DNA from: Chrysomallon squamiferum
Taxonomy: Eukaryota > Animalia > Mollusca
Length of the DNA stretch: 64,000 nucleotides
Direction: 5' to 3'
Assembly (NCBI GenBank): GCA_012295275.1
Contig: CM022670.1
Location: 27,528,001 to 27,592,000 of the forward strand
The notes beneath the pieces are model-generated. The model searched no databases, was not told where the DNA came from, and saw nothing but the letters and a program-made list of their open reading frames with translations. Positions within the stretch are counted from its first letter, which is position 1; each line of letters opens with the position of its first letter. The position numbers and the translations under genes are program-made. Shown piece by piece: positions 27,281 to 39,426 of this stretch.

Positions 27281-30020
27281 TTAGCTATTACCCGTCTTGT
27301 TAGTACACTTATCTACTTCTTATATTTTTCAATGTTGTTATACCAGTACTTTTATTCTTAGAATAAAACCTTTTTGCTGAATTTAAACAAATTTTTTTTT
27401 TTAAACAAAAAATAACCGAGTTAAAAAAAAAAGACTACCTCTTCACTTGTGTGAATAGATAGATACTGATATAATAGATACTATTGACAGAGACACACAT
27501 ATTAAAATTTAAGTGATAAAGAATATAATGCTTATTTATATATATATATATATATTATATATTTTACAGTTTTCTGAATAAATATTAAAAACTTTTAGAA
27601 TCATAAAAGATTTTTTTTCAGTATTTTAAAAAAAATAAAATAAAGAAATGAACAATATTAATTTATAAAAAAAAAAGAAAAAAGGACAAAAAAAAAACTA
27701 CCTTTTCACAGATATGAGTAGTTTTATATATGTTGATGTTGAGAACATAATCAATGGCTTATATGATGCTTATATGATATTTAGCTATTTCCCCGTCTTG
27801 TTAGTACTTATCTTATCTTCTTATATTTTTACAAATATGAGTACTTTTATTCTTAGAATAAAACCTTTTTGCTGAATTTAAGCAATTTTTTTTTTAAAAA
27901 AAAAAATAAATGAGTTAATGAAAAAGACTACCTCTTCACTTGTGTGAATAGATAGATACTGATATAATAGATACTATTGACAGAGACACACATATTAAAA
28001 TTTAAGTGATAAAGAATATAATGCTTATTATATATATATATATTTTACAGTTTTCTGAATAAATATTAAAAACTTTTAGAATCATAAAAGATTTTTTTTC
28101 AGTATTTAAAAAAAATAAAATAAAGAAATGAACAATATTAATTTACAAAAAAAAAAGAAAAAAGGACAAAAAAGCTAAAAGTAAAAAAATTATAAGCAAC
28201 AAAAAAAAAAACCTTTTCACAGATATGAGTAGTTTTATATATGTTGATGTTGATGTTGAGAACATAATCAATGGCTTATATGATGCTTATATGATATTTA
28301 GCTATTTCCCCGTCTTGTTTAGTACTTATCTACTTCTTATATTTTTTACAATGTTGTTATACCAGTACTTTTATTCTTAGAATAAAACCTTTTTTGCTGA
28401 ATTTAAACAAATTTTTTTTTAAACAAAAATAACCTGAGTTAATGAAAAAAGACTACCTCTTCACTTGTGTGAATAGATAGATACTGATATAATAGATACT
28501 ATTGACAGAGACACACATATTAAAATTTAAGTGATAAAGAATATAATATTTATATATATATATATATTTTACAGTTTTCTGAATAAATATTAAAAACTTT
28601 TAGAATAAAAAAAAAGATTTTTTTCAGTATTTAAAAAAAAAATAAAATAAAGAAATGAACAATATTAATTTACAAAAAAAAAAGAAAAAAGGACAAAAAA
28701 GCTAAAAGTAAAAAAATTATAAGCAACAAAAAAAAAAACCTTTTCACAGATATGAGTAGTTTTATATATGTTGATGTAACAGATGTTGAGAACATAATCA
28801 ATGGCTTATATGATGCTTATATGATATTTAGCTATTTCCCCGTCTTGTTAGTACTTATCTACTTCTTATATTTTTACAATGTTGTTATACCAGTACTTTT
28901 ATTCTTAGAATAAAACCTTTTTTGCTGAATTTAAACAAAATTTTTTTTAAACAAAAATAACCTGAGTTAATGAAAAAAGACTACCTCTTCACTTGTGTGA
29001 ATAGATAGATACTGATATAATAGATACTATTGTATACAGACACACATATTAAAATTTAAGTGATAAAGAATATAATGCTTATTATATATATATATATTTT
29101 ACAGTTTTCTGAATAAATATTAAAAACTTTTAGAACCATAAATTTTTTTTTCAGTATTTAAAAAAAATAAAATAAAGAAATGAACAATATTAATTTACAA
29201 AAAAAAAAAGAAAAAAGGACAAAAAAGCTAAAAGTAAAAAAATTATAAGCAACAAAAAAAAAAACCTTTTCACAGATATGAGTAGTTTTATATATGTTGA
29301 TGTAACAGATGTTGAGAACATAATCAATGGCTTATATGATGCTTATATGATATTTAGCTATTTCCCCGTCTTGTTAGTACTTATCTACTTCTTATATTTT
29401 TACAATGTTGTTATACCAGTACTTTTATTCTTAGAATAAAACCTTTTTTGCTGAATTTAAACAAAATTTAAAAAAAAAAAAATAACCTGAGTTAATGAAA
29501 AAAAAGACTACCTCTTCACTTGTGTGAATAGATAGATACTGATATAATAGATACTGTATACAGACACACATATTAAAATTTAAGTGATAAAGAATATAAT
29601 GCTTATTATATATATATATTTTACAGTTTTCTGAATAAATATTAACAACTTTTAGAACCATAAATTTTTTTTTCAGTATTTAAAAAAAATAAAATAAAGA
29701 AATGAACAATATTAATTTAAAAAAAAAAAAAAAAAAAAAAGGACAAAAAAAGCTAAAAGTAAAAAAATTATAAGCAACAAAAAAAAAAAACCTTTTCACA
29801 GATATGAGTAGTTTTATATATGTTGATGTAACAGATGTTGAGAACATAATCAATGGCTTATATGATGCTTATATGATATTTAACCGTTTCCTGTCTTGTT
29901 AGTACATTCTACTACTTCTTTTATTTTTATAATTTTGTTATGCCATTACTTTTATTCTTAGAATTAAACCTTTTTACTGAATTTAAACAAATTATCTTTT
30001 TTAAACAAATATAACCGAGA
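27281..30020. repeat. Satellite C: ~500-530-bp unit, 5 full copies plus a partial one
   Basis: Unit start ttagctatt(t/a)cccgtcttg at 27281, 27781, 28298, 28828 and 29354, with a degenerate start at 29880. Confidence 0.95.
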
Positions 30021-30455
30021 TAATGATAACCTATGTCTTGCATATGTAAAATACGAAACTCTAAAATATTACAATATGAGTAAAATAATACACTGGTTTA
30101 GAAAGTGTAGTTTTTGCATAGTTTTTCTAGCTTTATGAAAACTTTGACCATTCTTTATATCAATTTTCCTATTCTACTTCATCTCATAAAAACAAGAATA
30201 GCATCTTTAGGTTGTAATTAAATAACATCATAGACATACAACCATTCGGTTAAATATATAGAAATAAATAAAAAGTTAATAATCTACAAAATCAGTACAT
30301 ATCTGTTCTGCACATTTTGTCTTTAGGTTAATATTAAACAACATCATTTACTTTCAACTATACATTTAAATATATGGAAATAAACAGAGTTAATAATTTA
30401 GAAGAGTGAAACTTTACATTCGACTGTGTCATTTTATCACTGAAAATGGAAAGTC

Positions 30456-31177
30456 TTAGTAGTGTGGAGAGGTGTTGACCTGAAATGAGAGACATCAATT
30501 ATAAATTCTCTTCCAAACAATAATAATTATATATGTTTAAAAATGTACGTGCTATAAGAAATTATTACTTTAAGATGTTAAGACTGTTAATTGAAATGAA
30601 ATGGTGGTATATGTTATTAAAGGGTATGTAACAGCATGACAAAAAGTCGCATACAAGAAGATAGCATTTAGACATTTTAATCAGTGGGGTGAAGGCAGTG
30701 ACATGGTGTGGGGCAGGATCAGTTATCATCAAACAGCACTTCATATTTGCCATGGCAGAGTCAATATCATCTACTGCTGGGATAATGTCTTGCAAAATTA
30801 TATAATTCTCTTCTTTCGTCAGCTTAGAGATACACACATAATGTATCATAACACAGTATCTTGCCTATGTCCTTTGCCTTGAATGGAAACACATCTCATA
30901 TCTTACACAGATGAACAACCTTAGAGAGGTGGAACACATGCTACAGTAGGGATGGAATGCTACCAGAGAACACATTCACAGACTTGTCTTGGTTGTGTAT
31001 TTTCAATGATATGCACAATAGATGTGTATATCTCTCATAGCTATTACATTACCTGTCATGAAATATTCACTTATAATTCATGTAAAAACAATTCACAAGT
31101 ATCTCTGATATTTTTTATTTATCTAATTAAGAGTTACTGAAAGTTTTTTCTATTATTATAATTTTTATCATGATCAA

Positions 31178-31238
<61 letters not shown>

Positions 31239-31574
31239 TAAATACTTTACATTAACATTGAATTGCAATATAAACTTATAATATTTTAAAATTAATCTGA
31301 AAAGTTTCTATGTAACTGATGTGGTTGAACAAATTAAATTAAAAGAGTTATAACAATACAAATTTATCCTAGACTGTTATTAATCATAAAAATTACGTGT
31401 AATCAGTTTCTTTATATTTATTGTAAACTTTAGTCACAACCTCTTCAAATAAATGTCGGTTGACAACTTTTTCTTTATTAAATATAACAAATTACTCTTT
31501 TAATTTCAACCATGTTTGAGGAGAAAACCAATACAAGGAAAATTTTAAGAAAAAAAAGAAGATTATGGTCAAAT

Positions 31575-31613
<39 letters not shown>

Positions 31614-34600
31614 AAATTTTAATCAGCACTATAAACTACTTTTAGAAAAACAAAAATGTAAAAAGTGTAGAAAACAGATGAATCATGAAACAAAATCTTC
31701 AAATCCTGCACATCCCCAAAATAAAACAAAACAAACCACATCACAAAAAATAAATAACAGCTATAAAATTATGTGAAGTTCTTTGAGAACCATTGTATTT
31801 GATTTCTGTGCAAATCACAGGAAAGGTGACAATATCTAACTTACTTCATTGCAGGATCGTAAGAAATGTTTGTGCAGACTGTCGTTTGGTGGTTTGCGAA
31901 TTTTCATTAAGAGTTTCCTTTTGTAACTCTCTGATGGAACATCTAGGGTGCCTGTACTTGTACCAAGGTTACGTCTGGAAGATAATTAAACATGGTATGA
32001 AAATAATATTATTATTATTGCTGGCTGAAGTTTGAATTAGTACTGTTTAACAATAAATGTGGGGAAACAAAAGCAAAAGAAAAAACAAAACAGTACAGTT
32101 ATATGTGTATTACTTCAAAAAATAAAGTCGACTACAGTTAAGAATCTTTAATACCATGCAAAAGAACAAAAATATACTAACACTGCCAATTAATACTCGA
32201 ATCACTTTTTGTTAAGATGTTACACTATCACAGTTTAATGTGTACAGTCAACACAAAAAGCAGACATTAAGACAGTAGCAACAATAATAACAGAAAATAT
32301 AACCCACAAGAAAACCACGCAATTAATGACTTAATACAGATCATTAAGTACCAAATGAAAACTTCCAATTTTAATGGTAGTGGGCTGCACATCTGATTTT
32401 GATCTTTAGCACTGCCCGTAATTGTCATTTTCTATCACAGTTATAATAAAACATTTTTTAAAAGGCACAATCCATCTTAGATCAGTTATCAATTTAGGTC
32501 ACTAGAAAGTCGAACTATAATATAAACATTTAAAACTATTTTCACCTAAAAGCTAGAAGATAAATGTCACTTTCATTTGATATTATTAAAAAATTATACA
32601 CAGGCATCACACAAAATGTCTTACCTGTGTATTGTAGAGTAATGAGAATTGAAAAGCGGGGTATTTTGTTTCGATTGTGAGTTTTGAAATGTATTTCACG
32701 AGAATCTGTTTTTTTCAATTTTTTGGCTTGGCTTATTCCACTATCACTGAAACCAAAATTAGAAAACAATAAATTCATTCATAACAAGATGATTACAGAT
32801 AACACACGTATAATAAACACATTATTAAAATACTGTTAACATTAGTTTTCTTAAACATTTTCTGAAAAATTAGATTGAGAAGATATGTTTCTCAGAGATT
32901 TTTACCAAACACTATTATTTTGCAGGGTTAGCATGGAGATTTAAAAGAAAAAAAAGGAATACAATCTGTCATTCCTTTAATTTATAGCTATCTAAATACA
33001 TATGGTCACTGACACAAGCAAACTTGTTATCTAAAGTATCTAAATTATATGTATTTCATAAAATCTTCTACCATTTTTCAAAGCAATACTTGAGGTGCAA
33101 CATATACACGAGTATTTACGTTATCTAGTCAAGATATAGGTAAAGTTTTCATCTATCATGTAAACTGAGGTGTGAACATAGATTCTTTTGTTATTACAAA
33201 GGTATGAAAGTTTCGTACTTATTTAGGTCACAGCGCCTGCGTTTTTTCTTGTTCAGTTTGTCACCTTGGGTTTCTTTGTTGTCGTTCACTGCAGATGACT
33301 CGCAATATATCTAAAAATTAATTAAAAATAAATACAAATTTTTTGTAATCTAATAATTTTTCTTTCATTTCTAACAGTAATCAGTGACATAAATCTGTCT
33401 CTAAGGACCAATATCTCATTTTTTATACAACTTTTCCAAGCCAAGTATTATTATTAATAATTATTATTATACATGATTCTTTTTCCTTTTATGTGAGAAA
33501 CAGTTAAGAAAATTTAAACTGCTTCAAGGAATGTTATCAAAGTGAAATGGTCTACATTACATTAAATATAACACTATATGTAAACATCATCGCAATAATA
33601 AATAAATCCGAGATTAAAATGGTCTTTTCAGCACAGTTATCTTGGTGTTTTTTTCATGTTATAATACATACGTGTTTTTCTTGATAAGGAATACTATTCA
33701 CGCTTTGGTTGCCTGGAGAAATCATTTCTTGAACCCACAAGACCAGTTTTGAAAGCCAAGGTCTGTTGTTCTTCTTAATTTCCTCCTCTCTGTATAAATC
33801 TCCCTCGTGCCAAAGCCAGTCTTGCTTCCTGAAACAACAGTTTTATACATCTAACACCTTGCACACAAATCATTGTATTTCATTCTCTCTTTTTGTTTTG
33901 TTTTTTTGTAATAAAACTTTTTATTTCACAGAAATATTTTGGTGAAAAAAGTTTTATTTCAAACTGCTTGAATATTCAGTTGAGTAGCTGCCATATTTTA
34001 TATGAATGTGATATCTGAAATACACATTTTATGTATATGTGTATATCTATGTAGGTATACATATACGTAAGGCAGACTTACTGTTCAAGAAAGGTTTGCT
34101 GTCTCCCAATCACTGATCCTGGTCTTGCTATCCTAGCCCACGTGATGGCTTCTCTGGCAGTGAATTTAAAGTGTTTCATAATATAGCAGCAGATGAGGGT
34201 GCCAGTCCGCCCCAGCCCCCGCTGAAAATAAATTTAAATATTTACTTGGTAAATGAACATCAGCATTTAAGTTTTAAACAAACTTTCCTCAATCAGTCTG
34301 AGAAAATATCAAAGCTATACCTTTGCAGTGCACTGCAATAGCGAGGCTGGAGCGTTCCGATATGTCCAGAAACCTGCGGATGATGTCATCGCTTGGGACG
34401 CTGCCATCTTCAAAGAAAAGGTCGTAAAATTCAAATCCAGCTGCTTCAAAGGTGCTGGCATCATACATCTTCCGATTTAGTCGTATGATCGTTGACACAT
34501 TATGATTTTGTAAAATGGGGACATAGTCTCCAGGTGAAAACGATAAAAATCCTGAAAAGATGATAAAATGATTATTCATACACTCTACTTACAGTAATCG

Positions 34601-37600
34601 CAAGTAAAAAAAAAATTTCATTTTAAAGATTTTATTCAATTTAAATGAATAGTTCAAAATGTTTGTTAATTTCCCATTGTATCGCTATTCATGAGTTATT
34701 TCCCTTCAATAAAATTTTAAAAGCAGACTCATTTAAGAATTATGTGACATTTTAGACTACAGTTTGCATTTCAAAACCAATTAAACTAACCAATTTTCTC
34801 AAAGTGTTCATAACAAAGTTAATTTTTTATTTTTTATTTTTCTGTATGTGGTGGGTTATTCACTTAAATGACTCACTAAGTCATCCACTTATGACTGACT
34901 GTAACAATGTTCCTAAGTATCATTCTATCAACCTTTCTATGGAAGGCATTTTTCAGAACGATTTTTAAAATGTTATAGTGAACTGAGAAACAACATTTTG
35001 AATATTTTAATTTGTGATGATTGTAAATATATAAATATGATGTTTTAGCGATCACTCAGAATCTACAAAAAAATACAGAAAATAGAATAAATGAAGTATT
35101 TCAGTGCACTATTAAAGTAATAAACATTCTTATAAACTGACACATGCTTTTGTATTTCAATATGAACAAACAACAGGTTGTAAGTAAATGAATAAAACAA
35201 ACAAACAAAAGCCAACAAAATGGAAGTGAATTTATAAATTTTAAGAAAGAAGAAAAAACTTAGATGTGAAAATAAGACAAGAAGAAAGTGTTCTTAGCAA
35301 CTACAAGCAAGTGTTAAAACAAAAATTAGTTCGATTTTCTTTCTCTCACTCAAGATGCATCAATCATGGATACAGAACACTGTTAATAAATATGGAAAGG
35401 CATGCCACACAAAGTGAGTAAGCTTGATTTGAAGTGAAAGGTTTCTCAGTCATACCATACTCTAGCTTGGTCTTTGGATGTGGTCCACTGTAAGGTAGAA
35501 ATTTGTTGGGTACAATCCAGTTGTGATCTTCATTTTCTACTCACTGCAGGGCCAAACAGAATACATGAAAAATTAGCAACAATGATAAGAAATATCTATG
35601 GTCTTCCATGTTAAATTCCATTCTCTGTCTTAGAAGCATTCGTGTTCAGTGTTATTTTAATGACAGTCTGGAGTGATTCAATAGAAACCTGTTACTATTA
35701 TTTACTTTTTGACGCAAAACAATGACGTTACATAGGTATCTTTGATAATTGGTGAATGTTCATTATTTACTAGTTATATTTATTTTAATATTTTCTGGTT
35801 GAAAAGCTGATGTTCTGGATCCCCTAAAAGAAAAATAATTTCACATACTTTGTAGTGAATAATAATGTTAAAACAAACATGGAGAATGCAAATGTACAAA
35901 ATATTTACTACAAAAAGTATTCTTCTCAAAGGAAATGCACAATCTTAAGGCAGATATTTCTGAAACTGAAAATATACACCACCAACCAAAAATAAAAACT
36001 GTATAGAACTAGAGTGAATTTGCCTGGAATCACTTACAAGTATGCCATGATTTAAAATTAATTAGTTTCTGTTAACTGAAATTCTTTCTTAAGTGAACAC
36101 AACTTAAATATGAGTTCATCTGGTTGTGGATAGAAAAAACACACACCAGCAGTTTAATCAGAGCTGACTGCTTGAGCACCAATTAATCTGCTTGGGTAGA
36201 GAACTCAGTAAGAAATGTAAACCTTCTTGTTTTGTCAAGTACATGCCAGAAAAAGATTATTTATTTGCTATCTAAGAAATACTTGTAACTTAAACTAGAT
36301 CAAAAACTGTTTTCTAACACTATCACTTTTAATTAAATGTAATTCTAGTTTAAATACATTCATCTAAATTATTCATGTGCTGCTTTTTATACGCAGAAAT
36401 AATAATTACTGCATTAAAATACTAAGAAATTAGAACAGATTTATAACTAATATTTGACACATAATTAATAAAAAGGAAAAAAACAAATCATGTAGAAATA
36501 ATGATTTCAACGCAATTTTAAAAGTCTCAAACAATACAATAAAAGAACAAATTATTGTAAGTTGATAGAAGTAAATTTTTCAAAACCAACATTAACAAAA
36601 ATTGAAAGAAAAATAAGCAGTTGAAATTTAACTAGTAAATGTTTCAACAATCAACTAACAAAACAAAAACGAATAGACTGGCAGGAATTTATATGTAAAC
36701 GTGTGTTTTGACTGATTTTTGCAGAGAGACATTGTTTTCACAGGAGTGAGTTTTCTTTGATGGCTGCATTATTCTTCAGTTGTCAAAAATAAATTTAAAT
36801 TAATTTCTGATTTTTTTTAACAATATTAAATTGTTTGACAAAATAAACAAATAAATAAATATTTCTGGCTGGCATTTCACAAAACAAAAATAATATGCAA
36901 TGGTGTTGGTATTAAAAATATGAATATGAACTATGATGTAGTAACTTTAAACTATGCCTTATTATTTCATACCTTTATCGTCAATTTCTGTTGTACGATG
37001 AGGCCCACAAAAGGCTAAAAACTTGTTTGGGATCACCCAATGCAAATCTCCATTGTCAACTTTCTGTAAAAAAAAATAATAGTCTACTTATATATAGGAC
37101 TGATGTTTTACATCCAGTTTAATCCCATAGAAAATACATTTCCAGATATAGGGCTTTAAAAGCCTAAATTCACCAAAGAATGTTACTTACAATGTTTTTT
37201 AATGTCTAAGAATAAGATACTTTATTTTTTACCTCATTACATATTATATAAATTATCTAACATGCTGAAAATAAACCACAATATATAAAAAAGGTGAGTG
37301 TTTACTCAGAATGTTTTATGGATCTATGTGGTTTTTCTTCTTAATCTCAAAATAATCTGTAAAGTGCACATATTTAATAAAATGGCTCTGTCCCTCACTG
37401 TTTTGGGCTATTTACTTTCAAAGATTGTTGTAGTGATAATGGTTGGTCACTAGGTGGTAGCAGTGTTTCCTCTCTCACATTAATATTACATGTTAATATT
37501 ACACTGAGTAACAAGAGTTTACTTAAACATTATCTACACAATGTTACCAGGATGTTAAATATAAATCATTTGTACTCGCACATTTAAGCTACAGTAAAAT

Positions 37601-39008
37601 TATACATATGGAGCAATAATTTTAAATATTTACATCTTTAACTCAATCTTTTCACTTGTAAAACAAATACATCACTGATATTACTTATTAAAGTATAATT
37701 GTTTAGACTGAATTAGATTCAATAACATATATTTTATGGATACGTACATCATAGAAGTCATATTTTGAGATGTTGAAGTTACGGAAATCAAAAAATCCAT
37801 TGTCCTGTGCCTAGCAATATAATGATAATAATAATAACAATAATAATAACAACTATAATAATAATAACAATAACAACAACGACACACATACAAAAACAAT
37901 TAAGAAACTCACTTCTGGCATTCACGAAATTTTATCATTACAAAAATAAAACCCATAACTTTCCATACTGCAGAACATTTGAGATACTTAAATTACTTCT
38001 GTGTTGTAATTTATTAGTGTTTAAGAAAAATTTCTGCACTAAAACTGGCAGAACCTATTTAGTCAAATAGTTATCCAGTGTAAGTTTAAATCAATGTACC
38101 ATCACACAACTTTATCACAACAGTTTTTAATTGATTCGAGTTTTACTCTTTTTCATACTCTATTTAACTGATAGTTTTAAACAAAATTAAATTCTGGTAA
38201 GATAATAGATTTAAAAAAAAGATATGCCAATTTATTTCATAATAAAATTTAATTCTCTCGTAACGAGGTATTTTGAGGTGTAACATTTACCTTTTTAATT
38301 GCTTTGAAGCAATCCAGCAAGGTAAGAAAATATGTGCAGGACCCAAACGCAGCATCCCTGGAAAATAATAAAATCAAATTATAATACTGGTTATATTACT
38401 GCATAGTTTTCAATTCTTCAAAGCTATTATTTTTTTCAAGATTTATGTACAGAAACTTTTTATGTCCTTTTGAAATCCAGACATGGAAAGTATGAATAAT
38501 ACAATTATTTTGTCTACTGTTTTAGTCAGATGTTTGCTGGGGGTTGTTTATTCTAAAAACACAGTTACTTTTACTGAAACAATGTTAAATGTGGGGGGAA
38601 AAAATTATACATTTTGTTTGATTTTATGGCAGTTGTATTAAAAGTTATGATAATATTGAATAAATATGTTAAGCACAACTTTGTTTTCAATCAAGTGGAA
38701 TTAGTTGATTTTTGTTATTTAAATTTTTTAAAATTATAATAAGAAAGCCACACAAACAGAAAAGCTTGATTTTAAATCACCCAACCATTTTGTTTTGCAA
38801 CTGCAAGACACAGAATAAGAAAATAAGCCCGAGTGAGTGTAAAACTACACTGAACTTTTTATAAAGGTCAAGTCGGACAACAGTTATAATCAAGTGTTTT
38901 GGGGAACGTACCACGAAGAAGAAAAACAAAAGTGACTTTAGAAAGCAATAAACTTTCCCCTCAATGAAATTAATGTCCAAGTGCATTCTAATTTATGTAC
39001 TTCCAAAA

Positions 39009-39058
<50 letters not shown>

Positions 39059-39371
39059 TTAATAATAATAATAATAATAATAATAACTAAACATTGGGTA
39101 AATATAAATGACATGCATTTCATCAATGCAATTATTAATTTAATTTACAAATATAATTACATAATTGTTTGAACGAAAAAGTTCACTATTTATTAAGACA
39201 GCTCATTTCCTTGAATGCTAAATCATGAAATCAATATTGAGCTAGTAATTCAGCTTTGGTGATTTCTGTGTCAGTTACATTACTTCCTATCAAGGTCACA
39301 TCATGTTTGAAAACAATTACGAAGAAAAGTAATTAGCACTTACAAGTGATCAATGTAACTTGTAAGCAGGC

Positions 39372-39426
<55 letters not shown>

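Larger units (their letters stand above)
18916..31500. repeat. Copy 1 of a direct segmental duplication (partner 53188-64000 and beyond)
   Basis: ttgagtattaagttttccaactg starts both copies; ORFs 19186/53457 and 25169/58920 match; same order of satellites; shared unique sequence 30020-30573 vs 63230-63786. Confidence 0.96.

Noticed and set aside
20560-30020. Regularly spaced repeats as a CRISPR array
   Set aside because: The intervening sequences are themselves repeated rather than unique spacers, the context is intron-containing eukaryotic DNA, and no cas-like ORFs are present.
35541-35543. TGA as selenocysteine or a reassigned codon
   Set aside because: The position corresponds to Arg/Lys rather than Cys, the exon has other degenerate substitutions, and the other exons read normally in the standard code.
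38938-39172. Poly-Ile, poly-Tyr and poly-Asn ORFs (also 8442, 16770, 16941, 27084, 37807, 44378)
   Set aside because: Translations of (AAT)n, (AT)n and (AG)n microsatellites; some merely overlap true CDC14 exons in the wrong frame.
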